Notes: generated from the sequence alone by a model not told the origin. 40,055 nucleotides of DNA from Pseudomonadota bacterium (GCA_041174965.1 JBEDFU010000318.1:1-40055), one strand, 5' to 3'; positions 17,187 through 27,880 are shown, counted from the stretch's first letter. Program-made: numbers and translations.

Positions 17187-17856
17187 CAAAACCCAAGCCT
17201 TGGGCTTGACGGTGTACGACCTGCCCCAGCCAGAGGCTGTGGCGCAGGCCGACGGCAACCGCAGTTGGGCTGGGCGCTGGCGCATGCTGGCGCTGCTTTT
17301 GGTGTGTGCGTCTCCAGTGATTGCCTCATATGTCACCTATTACCTGATCCGACCTGAGGCCCGCCGCAGCTTTGGTGAGTTGATCGAGCCGCAACGCGAC
17401 CTGCCCGCCTTGGCCACCACCGACTTGGATGGCCGAGTGGCCTCTCTCCCCGAGCTCAAGGGGCAATGGCTGTTGATCAGCGTGTCCTCGGCCGCTTGTG
17501 CCGCCGAATGCGAAAAAAACCTGTACTTCCAGCGCCAAATTCACGCCGCCTTGGGCAAAGATCGGGACAGACTGGACCGGGTGTGGTTGATCACGGATGC
17601 CGGCGACGTTTCCCCCGCTTTGCGTGCCTCTATCCCCGGCTCCTGGAACCTGCGGGTGGACCCGCAGGGTTTGGGCCAATGGCTGCAACCCCAATCAGGG
17701 CATGGACTGACCGAGCATTTGTACCTGGTCGATCCCATGGGCCGATGGATGATGCGCTTCCCGCCGCAATTGGAAGCTGAGAATGCCCCCAAACTCAAAC
17801 GCGATTTGGAACGCTTGATCCGAGCTGCCAAGTCATGGGACTTGCCCGGGCGCTGA
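17164..17856 (+). CDS. Membrane-anchored thioredoxin-fold, Sco-like protein in the cox cluster
   Basis: TM anchor 'LLLVCASPVIASY', 'LKGQWLL', CxxxC 'CAAEC' and 'HLYLVDPMGRWMMRF'. Start uncertain (GTG 17164 chosen). Confidence 0.7.
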   Translation: MPPQPNPDKTQALGLTVYDLPQPEAVAQADGNRSWAGRWRMLALLLVCASPVIASYVTYYLIRPEARRSFGELIEPQRDLPALATTDLDGRVASLPELKGQWLLISVSSAACAAECEKNLYFQRQIHAALGKDRDRLDRVWLITDAGDVSPALRASIPGSWNLRVDPQGLGQWLQPQSGHGLTEHLYLVDPMGRWMMRFPPQLEAENAPKLKRDLERLIRAAKSWDLPGR

Positions 17857-17868
17857 GACCTGAATGCC

Positions 17869-19079
<1,211 letters not shown>

Positions 19080-19083
<4 letters not shown>

Positions 19084-19970
19084 TGGCGCCGGTCTTTACC
19101 TTTGGCCAGCGTTGGCGGCAATTCCAGGCTTTGACCAAGCCGCGGGTGATCCAGTTGATTGTGTTTTGTGCCTTGATCGGCATGGTGCTGGCGGTGCCCG
19201 GCGTGCCAAGCTGGGACGAGGTGCGCTTGGGCGCGGTGGCCTGTTTGGGCATCTGGTTGGTGGCCGGCGCCGCAGCGGCGTTCAATTGCATCGTCGAGCA
19301 AAGCATCGATGCGCGCATGCGCCGCACCGCATGGCGGCCCACGGCCAAGGGGGAGCTGAGCAACACCCAAACCCTGTTTTTTTCAGCGGTCTTGTGCGCG
19401 GCGGGATCGTGGTTGTTGTGGGTGTATGTCAACCCCTTGACGATGTGGTTGACCTTTGCCACCTTTGTGGGTTATGCCGTGGTTTACACCGTGATCCTCA
19501 AGCCTTTGACGCCGCAAAACATTGTGATTGGCGGGGCTTCGGGTGCCATGCCGCCGGTGCTGGGTTGGGCCGCGATGACCGGGGACGTGGGCCCCGAGGC
19601 ATTGATCCTCTTTCTCATCATCTTTTTGTGGACGCCTCCGCACTTTTGGGCCTTGGCCTTGTACCGGGTGGAGGACTACCGCAAATCGGGCTTGCCCATG
19701 CTGCCCGTCACCCACGGCAATGAATTCACCCGCTTGCAAATATTGCTCTACACCTGGGTGTTGTTGGCCGCTTGTTTGATGCCGTTTGTGTACCGCATGA
19801 GCGGTTGGTTTTACTTGGTCTGCGCGGTCATATTGAGCGTGATGTTTTGCTATTACGGCCATGCCTTGTGGCGTCAGTACTCAGACGAGTTGGCGCGCAA
19901 GACGTTTAAATTTTCCCTCATCCACTTGAGCTTGTTGTTTGCGGCTTTGTTGATTGACCACTATTTATAA
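19080..19970 (+). CDS. ctaB: Protoheme IX farnesyltransferase (heme O synthase)
   Basis: Motifs 'LTKPRV', '[11 protein letters not shown]', '[13 protein letters not shown]' and '[10 protein letters not shown]'. ATGA overlap with ctaA. Confidence 0.93.
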
Positions 19971-19980
19971 GAGGCATGAC

Positions 19981-20580
19981 ATGACCCGACCAACAAGGCG
20001 TTCTTTCATGGCGGGTGCGCTGGTTGCTGCGGGTGCCTTGAGCGCTTGCGCCCCGGCCAAACCCAGCTTCAAGTCGTTTGACCTCACGGGCGCAGACTAC
20101 GCTCTGGGCTTTGACCTGACCGATCAGCGGGGCCAGCGCCGCAGCCTGGCGGACTTCAAAGGGCGGGTGGTGATGGTGTTTTTTGGTTACACCCAGTGCC
20201 CCGATGCCTGCCCCACGGCGATGTTTCAGTTGGCCGAGCTCAAACGCGGCTTGGGTGCCAAAGGCGACATGGTTCAGGGTGTTTTTGTCACCTTGGACCC
20301 AGAGCGCGACAGCGCTGAAATGCTCAAGGCATATGTGGAAAATTTCGATCCCAGTTTTGTCGCTTTGGTGCCCACGCTGCCAGAACTCGAGGCCGTGATC
20401 ACGCATTACAAGGTCTACCGCAAAAAAGTCGCTGGCCCCACGCCCACCAGTTACACCATGGACCACCTCGCGGGGTTTTACATGTATGACATGCAAGGGC
20501 GTTTGCGCTTGTTCAGCCGACCGAATATGAACACGGCCGATTTGCAATCTGACGTCGCCAGCTTGCTCGAAGGCCGCTGA
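19981..20580 (+). CDS. SCO1/SenC copper chaperone lipoprotein
   Basis: Motifs 'FFGYTQCPDAC', 'TLDPERD' and 'YTMDH'. The signal carries RRSF and lipobox LSAC. Confidence 0.9.
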   Translation: MTRPTRRSFMAGALVAAGALSACAPAKPSFKSFDLTGADYALGFDLTDQRGQRRSLADFKGRVVMVFFGYTQCPDACPTAMFQLAELKRGLGAKGDMVQGVFVTLDPERDSAEMLKAYVENFDPSFVALVPTLPELEAVITHYKVYRKKVAGPTPTSYTMDHLAGFYMYDMQGRLRLFSRPNMNTADLQSDVASLLEGR

Positions 20581-20608
20581 AGGGTACCTGGGCTGAGCCA
20601 GACCCCCG

Positions 20609-20637
20609 CAAAAAAGCCGCCCGCAGGCGGCTCTTTC
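20609..20637. terminator. Bidirectional intrinsic terminator between sco and rpoH
   Basis: An A-run, then AGCCGCC-CGCA-GGCGGCT, then CTTT, between convergent genes. Confidence 0.8.
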
Positions 20638-20655
20638 ATTCGAGGCCGATGAGGC

Positions 20656-21588
20656 TCAGGCAAATTCGGCCAAGCTGGCTTTCATTTTCTTCATCGCCGC
20701 CACCTCGATTTGGCGAATGCGCTCAGCGCTCACGCCATATTCGGCCGCCAGCTCGTGCAAGGTCATGCCGCCCGAACCGTCGTCATTGACCTTGAGCCAA
20801 CGCTCTTCGACGATGCGCCGGCTGCGCGCATCCAAACCTTCGAGCGCCATGGCCAAGCCATCACTGGACAGCACATCGCGTTGGTGCGCTTCCATCACCG
20901 CGGTGGGCTCGTGGCGCACATCGGTGAGGTAGGAAATCGGGCCAAAAGCATCTTCGCCATCGTCGCCCGGGTTGGGGTCGAGCACCACATCGCCACCGGC
21001 CATGCGCGCTTCCATCTCCAGCACCTCTTCGGGCTTGACATGCAGGTTGTCGGCCACTTGGTTGACCTGATCAGGGTTCAGGCTTTGGCGGTGTGCATTG
21101 GCATCGCTGACCTCGGCGCGCATGCCTTGCTTCATCGAGCGCAGATTGAAAAACAGTTTGCGCTGGGCCTTGGTGGTGGCCACCTTGACCATGCGCCAGT
21201 TTTTCAAAATGTATTCATGGATTTCGGCTTTGATCCAGTGCAGGGCATAGCTCACCAAGCGCACGCCTTGCTCGGGGTCAAAGCGCTTGACCGCCTTCAT
21301 CAGGCCCACATTGCCTTCTTGAATCAAGTCGGCATGGGGCAGGCCATAGCCCAAGTACTGGCGTGAGATGGACACCACCAAGCGCAGGTGTGAGAGCACC
21401 AGTTTGCCGGCGGCTTCCATGTCTTGGTTGTCGCGCCATTGGCGGGCAAATTCTTGTTCTTGCTCCAAGGTGAGCATGGGCAAGCGGTTGGCCGCTGATA
21501 TATATGCGTCCAGGTTGCCCAAGGGTGGAACCAGCGCCCAGGGATTGGCCACGCTGATGGGGCGGCTGCTCAGTGCAAGTTCTGTCAT
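20656..21588 (-). CDS. rpoH: RNA polymerase heat-shock sigma factor sigma-32
   Basis: Region 2 'DLIQEGNVGLMKAVKRFDP', RpoH box 'QRKLFFNLR' and region 4 'VSAERIRQIE'. AGGAG SD lies 7 nt upstream of ATG 21588. Confidence 0.96.
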   Translation of the reverse strand: MTELALSSRPISVANPWALVPPLGNLDAYISAANRLPMLTLEQEQEFARQWRDNQDMEAAGKLVLSHLRLVVSISRQYLGYGLPHADLIQEGNVGLMKAVKRFDPEQGVRLVSYALHWIKAEIHEYILKNWRMVKVATTKAQRKLFFNLRSMKQGMRAEVSDANAHRQSLNPDQVNQVADNLHVKPEEVLEMEARMAGGDVVLDPNPGDDGEDAFGPISYLTDVRHEPTAVMEAHQRDVLSSDGLAMALEGLDARSRRIVEERWLKVNDDGSGGMTLHELAAEYGVSAERIRQIEVAAMKKMKASLAEFA

Positions 21589-21623
21589 GACATTTCTCCT
21601 GAATGGATACTTAGGTGAGAATG

Positions 21624-21650
21624 TTAGCACTCTGTCTGGTTGAGTGCCAA
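21624..21650. promoter_or_regulatory. CIRCE element (HrcA operator) upstream of rpoH
   Basis: TTAGCACTC-N9-GAGTGCCAA, one mismatch to the consensus TTAGCACTC-N9-GAGTGCTAA. It lies just downstream of a minus-strand TAGAAT (21661-21666). Confidence 0.93.
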
Positions 21651-21807
21651 TCTGGTATAGATTCTAGGGTTATCCCTTGATTGCAGCTGGGGAAAGCCTC
21701 GTTTTACTGATAAAAATCAAACAGATAGGAGATATTGGTGGTTTGTGAAGCTGTGTTGATGTGTCGCAGCCAACGGGTGCTCAAGCAGGGCTGTCCCGCA
21801 GCCGGCT

Positions 21808-22872
21808 TCAGGCCACAGCGCGGGCATCTGCAGTGGTGCTGCCCAGAACAGCTTGGGAGAACTCCCGGGCCGAGAAGGTTTGCAAGTCTTCCAAGCTCTC
21901 GCCCACGCCAATGAAGTAAACCGGCACGGTGGCACCCGTTGTGCGTTGGCGTTCTTGCGACCACAAGGCGATGGCGGCCAGCACGCCCCCCTTGGCCGTG
22001 CCATCGAGCTTGGTGACGATCAAGCCCGTCAGCCCCAGGGCTTGGTCAAAGGTCTGAACCTGGGCCAGGGCGTTTTGTCCGGTGTTGCCGTCGATGACCA
22101 ACAGCACCTCGTGAGGGGCAGAGGGATCGGCTTTTTGCACCACCCGTTTGATCTTTTTCAACTCTTCCATCAAATGGTTTTGGGTCGGCAATCGCCCTGC
22201 GGTATCGACAATGACCACGTCCTTGCCCCGGGCTTTGCCGGCACTGACCGCATCAAAGGCCACGGCGGCAGGGTCTCCACCGGCTTGGCTGACGATGTCC
22301 ACTCGGCTGCGGTCGGCCCAGACTTCGAGTTGTTCCCGCGCGGCCGCTCTAAAAGTGTCGGCAGCTGCCAGCAAAACGCTGGCCCCGCTTTGGCTAAGGT
22401 GGCGCGTGAGTTTTCCAATGCTGGTGGTTTTGCCGGCCCCATTGACCCCGGCGACCATGATCACGCTGGGATGGGCCTGACCCAGGGTCAACGGCTTTTC
22501 CAAGGGGAGAAGCAGCTCACACAGCAGGTCTTCTAGCAAGGCTTGCACTTGGCGCGCCTCGGTGATGCCTTGGGACTTGACGGCTTGCTGCAACTGCTTC
22601 ATCAGGTGGGTGGTGGCGGACACACCTGCATCGGCCATGAGCAAGGCCGACTCCAATTCTTCATACAACTCGGCATCGACCCGCGCGCCGGTGAAAACGC
22701 TGGCCAAGCCTTGTCCGGTGCGGGCCAAACCCTTGCGCAAGCGTTGCAGCCACCCCCCTCGTTCAGGGCTGTCCTGGCTTGGGGTGGCCGGGCTGTTGGA
22801 CCCAGGTTCGGGCGTGTTTGGATTGCCACCACCTGGATCAATGGCTTTGCTTTTTTTGAAAAAACTGAACAT
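21808..22872 (-). CDS. ftsY: Signal recognition particle receptor FtsY
   Basis: Start MFSFFKK. Motifs 'GVNGAGKTT', 'DTFRAAA', 'DTAGR' and 'TKLDGTAKGG'. Confidence 0.95.
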   Translation of the reverse strand: MFSFFKKSKAIDPGGGNPNTPEPGSNSPATPSQDSPERGGWLQRLRKGLARTGQGLASVFTGARVDAELYEELESALLMADAGVSATTHLMKQLQQAVKSQGITEARQVQALLEDLLCELLLPLEKPLTLGQAHPSVIMVAGVNGAGKTTSIGKLTRHLSQSGASVLLAAADTFRAAAREQLEVWADRSRVDIVSQAGGDPAAVAFDAVSAGKARGKDVVIVDTAGRLPTQNHLMEELKKIKRVVQKADPSAPHEVLLVIDGNTGQNALAQVQTFDQALGLTGLIVTKLDGTAKGGVLAAIALWSQERQRTTGATVPVYFIGVGESLEDLQTFSAREFSQAVLGSTTADARAVA

Positions 22873-22932
22873 GCGGCAGGGTATATAGTTGTTGGATCGA
22901 GCAATGCTCAGTGTGTGCGTGGTTCTTATTCT

Positions 22933-24339
22933 ATGAAACAGTTCTTTGCGCGCTGCTTGGCCGCAGTCGCCGTGTGTTTGTGTCCCATTTTGGGGGCGCA
23001 ACCCACAACCAATCCGATCAGCACGTTTACTTTGCCCAACGGCATGACCTTGGTGGTCAAACCCGATCGGCGTGCGCCCACGGCGGTGCACATGGTGTGG
23101 TTGCGGGTGGGCTCCATGGACGAAGTGGACGGCGTCTCTGGCGTGGCCCATGTGCTGGAGCACATGCTCTTCAAAGGCACGCCCAGCGTCAAAGCGGGCG
23201 AATTTTCGCGCCGAGTGGCCGCCTTGGGCGGGCGTGAAAATGCTTTTACCAGCCGAGACTACACCGGTTATTTTCAGCAAATACCGGCCCAGCGTTTGGC
23301 CGAAGTCATGCAACTCGAGGCCGATCGGTTTGCCAACAACCGGTGGGCTGACGAAGAATTCGTCAAAGAGTTGGAGGTGGTCAAAGAGGAGCGCCGCATG
23401 CGCACCGAGGACACACCCCGTGCCCTGTTGTACGAGCAACTGTCGGCTGTACAGTTCAGCGCGTCTCCCTATCGCCGACCCATCGTGGGTTGGATGGAAG
23501 ATTTGGATGCGATGAAGCCAGACGATGCGCGCGCTTTTTACAGGCAGTGGTATTCACCCACCAATGCGGTGGTGGTGGTGGTGGGTGATGTGGTGGTCGA
23601 TGAGGTTCACCGCTTGGCCTTGACCCACTACGGATCCATACCGGCGCGCGCCTTGCCCGAGCGCAAACCGCGCACCGAACCGCCCCAGCGCGGTATGCGC
23701 CGCTTAGAAGTGAAAGCCCCCGCCGAGCAAGCCTATGTGGCCCTGTCCTTCAAGGTGCCGACCTTCACCGGGTTTGACGGCAGCGACAGCAATCAAGACG
23801 CCTTGGCGCTGACGGTCTTGGCCGCCGTGCTCGACGGCTACAGCAGCGCCCGATTGGACCGTGCTTTGACGCAGGGGCCCCAGCGTTTGGCCGACAGCGT
23901 GGGCGCCCACAATGGTTTGACCGGGCGCGGCCCACAAACATTTGTCTTGGAAGGTGTGCCGGCGGCTGGCAAAAGTGCGCACGATCTTGAGCGCGCCATG
24001 CGCGAGCAAGTGGCCATCGTGGCGCGCGACGGTGTCAGCGAGAGTGAGCTGCGCCGGGTGAAAAATCAGTGGGAAGCCTCAGCCGTTTACGGGCGCGACT
24101 CGCTGTTCAACCAGGCCCGAGAAATCGGCAGCTTTTGGGCCGAAGGTTTACCGCTCGACACCAATGACCGTTTGATCGCTGCTTTGCAATCGATCACACC
24201 GGCGCAGGTGCAGTCGGTGGCGGCGCGGTATTTTGGCGATGACGCACTGACCGTGGCGCATTTGCTGCCCCAAGCCCGCGCTGCCACAGGGCTGCGCAAA
24301 CCGTCGGTGCCCCTGAGGCATGGTGGGGGTGAGCGATGA
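22933..24339 (+). CDS. M16 family zinc peptidase, HxxEH-bearing subunit (exported)
   Basis: Signal peptide, 'AHVLEHMLFKGT', 'NAFTS' and 'VVKEERRMR'. Confidence 0.9.
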   Translation: MKQFFARCLAAVAVCLCPILGAQPTTNPISTFTLPNGMTLVVKPDRRAPTAVHMVWLRVGSMDEVDGVSGVAHVLEHMLFKGTPSVKAGEFSRRVAALGGRENAFTSRDYTGYFQQIPAQRLAEVMQLEADRFANNRWADEEFVKELEVVKEERRMRTEDTPRALLYEQLSAVQFSASPYRRPIVGWMEDLDAMKPDDARAFYRQWYSPTNAVVVVVGDVVVDEVHRLALTHYGSIPARALPERKPRTEPPQRGMRRLEVKAPAEQAYVALSFKVPTFTGFDGSDSNQDALALTVLAAVLDGYSSARLDRALTQGPQRLADSVGAHNGLTGRGPQTFVLEGVPAAGKSAHDLERAMREQVAIVARDGVSESELRRVKNQWEASAVYGRDSLFNQAREIGSFWAEGLPLDTNDRLIAALQSITPAQVQSVAARYFGDDALTVAHLLPQARAATGLRKPSVPLRHGGGER

Positions 24340-25661
24340 AGCGCTGGCTAACAGGATGGGTGGCAGGGTGGATCTACCTGGGTTGTGCCCAGGCCGGTAT
24401 TCCCATTGAGCATTGGACCTTGGCCAATGGAGCCCGGGTTTATTGGGTGCACAGCCCCAACCTGCCCATGGTGGATGTGCAAATTGATTTCGATGCCGGG
24501 GGTCGGCGTGACCCAACGGAGCGTTCTGGTTTGGCCAGTGCCACCGCGATGATGATTGGCAAAGGTTTAAAAGCTCGCGGCAATTTGCCAGCCATGGACG
24601 AAAACGCGGTGGGCGAAGCCTGGGCCGACGGGGGTGCTTTGTTCTCTGCTTCAGCCAGCAGCGACCGCATGAGCTTTACCCTGCGCAGCCTGACCCGACC
24701 CGAGGTGCTGGACGCGTCCATGCGCTTGGCCGCCCGACACTTGGCAGATCCCGCCTTCGCCGCAGACATATGGGCCCGCGAACGTGAGCGCTGGAGTGCC
24801 AGTTTGCGCGAGGCTCTGACCAAACCCGGCACAGTGGCCGATCGTGCCTGGACCCCCGCTGTGTTTGGCACCCATCCTTATGGTCAACAAACCACACCCG
24901 AGAGCTTGCTGTCGGTGTCGGTGGCCGATATGCAGGCCTTCCATGCGCGTCACATCGTGCCGTGCCGCGCCAAGGTCAGCGTGGTGGGTGCGCTCAGCCG
25001 GGCCCAGGTGCAAGCGCGGGTGACCGAACTGCTGGCGGCTTTGCCCGCCGGGGCCTCGTGTGCCGCATTGCCTGCCGTGCCAGAAGTGCAGCCACTCACG
25101 CAAGCCAAAGAAATCTCCATTCCGTTTGAATCTGCCCAAGCCCATGTCAGCATGGGGCAACCCGGCTATAAACGCGATGACCCTGACTTTTTTGCCCTCA
25201 CGGTGGGCAACTATGTGTTGGGAGGCGGTGGCTTTGTGTCGCGCTTGACCGAGCAAGTGCGTGAAAAACGAGGCCTGAGCTACAGCGTCTACAGTTATTT
25301 TTCCCCTGGCTTGCATGCGGGACCCTTTGCCATTGGTTTGCAAACGCGGCCTGACCAGGCGCGCCAGGCGGTGGAAGTGGCGCGTTCTGTGCTGAAAGAG
25401 TTTGTGGAAAAAGGCCCCACCGAGGCTGAGTTGCAAGCGGCCAAAGACAACCTGAACGGTGGCTTTGCCCTGCGCTTGGACAGCAATCGCAAATTGCTCG
25501 ACAACTTGGCCAACATCGCCTGGCATCAACTGCCCTTGGACTACCTTGATACCTGGACGCAAAAAGTGCAGGCCCTGACCGTGCAAGACATCACCCAAGC
25601 TTTTGCGCGCAAAGTCCAGCCTGACCGCCTGGTGACGGTGGTGGTGGGAGGCGCGCCCTGA
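24336..25661 (+). CDS. M16 family peptidase, non-catalytic partner subunit
   Basis: M16-like sequence with no HxxEH. It carries 'VREKRGLSY' (R/Y pair) and has an ATGA overlap with the upstream gene. Confidence 0.87.
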   Translation: MKRWLTGWVAGWIYLGCAQAGIPIEHWTLANGARVYWVHSPNLPMVDVQIDFDAGGRRDPTERSGLASATAMMIGKGLKARGNLPAMDENAVGEAWADGGALFSASASSDRMSFTLRSLTRPEVLDASMRLAARHLADPAFAADIWARERERWSASLREALTKPGTVADRAWTPAVFGTHPYGQQTTPESLLSVSVADMQAFHARHIVPCRAKVSVVGALSRAQVQARVTELLAALPAGASCAALPAVPEVQPLTQAKEISIPFESAQAHVSMGQPGYKRDDPDFFALTVGNYVLGGGGFVSRLTEQVREKRGLSYSVYSYFSPGLHAGPFAIGLQTRPDQARQAVEVARSVLKEFVEKGPTEAELQAAKDNLNGGFALRLDSNRKLLDNLANIAWHQLPLDYLDTWTQKVQALTVQDITQAFARKVQPDRLVTVVVGGAP

Positions 25662-25714
25662 AGCCCGCCCGCAAAACCCCTGCCGGGCCGCAGCGGGCCA
25701 AAGTCAAAGGCGAG

Positions 25715-26272
25715 GTGCGCATCATTGGGGGTTTGTGGAAGCGCAGCAAGCTGTCGGTGCTCGATCGCCCGGGGCTGCGGCCCACGCCCGATCGGGTGCG
25801 CGAAACCTTGTTCAATTGGCTCGGCCAAGACTTGCATGGTTGGCGCTGCCTGGATGCGTTTGCGGGCAGCGGTGCCCTGGCCTTTGAAGCTGCTTCACGC
25901 GGCGCCAAAGAGGTGCTGGCGTGCGAAACCGATGGCGCCTTGGTCGAGCAGTTGTTGACCAGCAAAGCCAAGCTCAAAGCCGATGGTGTGCTGATCCAGC
26001 GCGCCAATGGGCTGAATGCCTTGCTGGCCCAGGCCCCGGCGAGTTGGGACTTGGTTTTTTTGGACCCCCCGTTTGACAGCGCCTTGTTGGCCCCCAGCTT
26101 GCAAGCGGCGCAAGCCGCGATCAAGCCGGGTGGCCGGGTGTACTTGGAGGCCGGCGAAGCCTGGGGCGAGGCCCAATTGGCCCCCTTGGGATGGCAACTC
26201 CAACGCCATTTGCGCGCTGGTGCGGTTCATGCGCATTTGCTGGGCCTGGCCAGCCTGGTCTCCAGCGGATAA
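25715..26272 (+). CDS. rsmD: 16S rRNA (guanine-966-N2)-methyltransferase
   Basis: Motifs 'RIIGG', 'LRPTPDRVRETLFNWL', 'LDAFAGSGAL' and 'FLDPPF'. The start may extend to CTG 25658. Confidence 0.92.
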   Translation: MRIIGGLWKRSKLSVLDRPGLRPTPDRVRETLFNWLGQDLHGWRCLDAFAGSGALAFEAASRGAKEVLACETDGALVEQLLTSKAKLKADGVLIQRANGLNALLAQAPASWDLVFLDPPFDSALLAPSLQAAQAAIKPGGRVYLEAGEAWGEAQLAPLGWQLQRHLRAGAVHAHLLGLASLVSSG

Positions 26273-26299
26273 TTCGCACGCTAATCAACAGGAGCCAGC

Positions 26300-26794
26300 A
26301 TGCGCCAACCCGTGATCGCGGTTTACCCCGGCACTTTTGACCCCATCACTTTGGGCCACTTGGACTTGGTGCGGCGCGCTTGTGCCTTGTTTGACCAGGT
26401 GGTGGTGGGGGTGGCCATGGCACACCACAAAAAAACCATGTTCAGTTTGGATGAGCGCTTGGAAATGGTTCAAGAGGCCACGGCCAGCCTGGGCGCGGTG
26501 CGGGTGGCGCCGTTTGATGGCTTGGTGCGTGACTTTGTTCGCGCCCAAGGCGGCGTGGTCATGGTGCGCGGTGTGCGCTCGGTCAGCGACTTTGACTACG
26601 AGCACCAATTGGCTGGCATGAACCGCCACTTGATGCCTGAGGTGGAAACCATCTTCATGGCCCCGTCTGCCAGCCAACAACACACCTCCAGCACCTTGGT
26701 GCGCGAAATCACGCTGTTGGGAGGCGAGGTGGAGCCTTGGGTCACCCCTGAGGTGCTGCGCCGTTTGATGGCCAAAAAACAAGCGGCGGCCTGA
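26300..26794 (+). CDS. coaD: Pantetheine-phosphate adenylyltransferase
   Basis: Motifs 'YPGTFDPITLGH', 'RGVRSVSDFDYE' and 'SSTLVREI'. AGGAG SD. Confidence 0.95.
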   Translation: MRQPVIAVYPGTFDPITLGHLDLVRRACALFDQVVVGVAMAHHKKTMFSLDERLEMVQEATASLGAVRVAPFDGLVRDFVRAQGGVVMVRGVRSVSDFDYEHQLAGMNRHLMPEVETIFMAPSASQQHTSSTLVREITLLGGEVEPWVTPEVLRRLMAKKQAAA

Positions 26795-26797
26795 GCC

Positions 26798-27472
26798 ATG
26801 GCCGATATTTTTTTGGTGCGCCATGGCGAAACCGCTTGGAACCGTGAGTTGCGTTTTCAAGGCCAAATCGATGTGCCATTGAACGACTTGGGGCTCATCC
26901 AGGCGCAGCGCTTGGCCGACCGCTTGCGGGTGGAGTGGCAAAGCGGGTTTGACAAACCCCTGCGCCTGTTCAGCAGCGACTTGCAACGCGCCCATCAAAC
27001 CGCACAAACCTTGGGCCAGGCTTTGGGCCTGGCGGTGACGGCCCATGCCCCGCTGCGCGAGCAGCACTTCGGCCTGTTTGAGGGCCTGTTGTCGGCCGAC
27101 ATCCAGCGCGATCACGCCGATGTGTGGCAGCGCTGGCTTCAATTTGAAGCTGATTTTGCGATCCCCGGCGGCGGCGAGAGCACGCGTGCATTCCATGCCC
27201 GGGTGTGCCAAGCGGTGCGCGATTTGGCACAGGCCCATGCCGACCACACCTTGGTCATCGTCACCCATGGTGGCGTGCTCGACATGCTGTGGCGCAGCGC
27301 CCAAGGCCTGCCACTCGACGGCCCGCGCACCTGTGACATCCCCAATGTGGGCTTGAACCACATGCGTTGGCAGGGCGATCAGCCCCAAATTGTGCGTTGG
27401 GCCGATACCGCGCACTTGGGGGGCTTGCCCGAACAACCCAATTTCAAACAGCGTTTGCGCCCGGTGGCCTGA
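26798..27472 (+). CDS. Histidine phosphatase (phosphoglycerate mutase-like) family protein
   Basis: Motifs 'LVRHGETAWN', 'SSDLQRA', 'GGES' and 'VTHGGV'. Confidence 0.88.
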   Translation: MADIFLVRHGETAWNRELRFQGQIDVPLNDLGLIQAQRLADRLRVEWQSGFDKPLRLFSSDLQRAHQTAQTLGQALGLAVTAHAPLREQHFGLFEGLLSADIQRDHADVWQRWLQFEADFAIPGGGESTRAFHARVCQAVRDLAQAHADHTLVIVTHGGVLDMLWRSAQGLPLDGPRTCDIPNVGLNHMRWQGDQPQIVRWADTAHLGGLPEQPNFKQRLRPVA

Positions 27473-27512
27473 TGCGTGAGATCACCCGTCATCCCATTTC
27501 GGGTCGCGCTGA

Positions 27513-27818
<306 letters not shown>

Positions 27819-27880
27819 TGAGTCACTTTGTTTGTGGCCTGGCCTGTGAGGCCACGCCTGTTTGTGCGCTGGCGCCACCG

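Noticed and set aside
22543-23439. Apparent large overlap between extended ftsY (543 aa) and M16 (598 aa) ORFs
   Set aside because: It comes from taking the most upstream start codons. Starts at 22872 and 22933 leave a normal 60-bp divergent gap.
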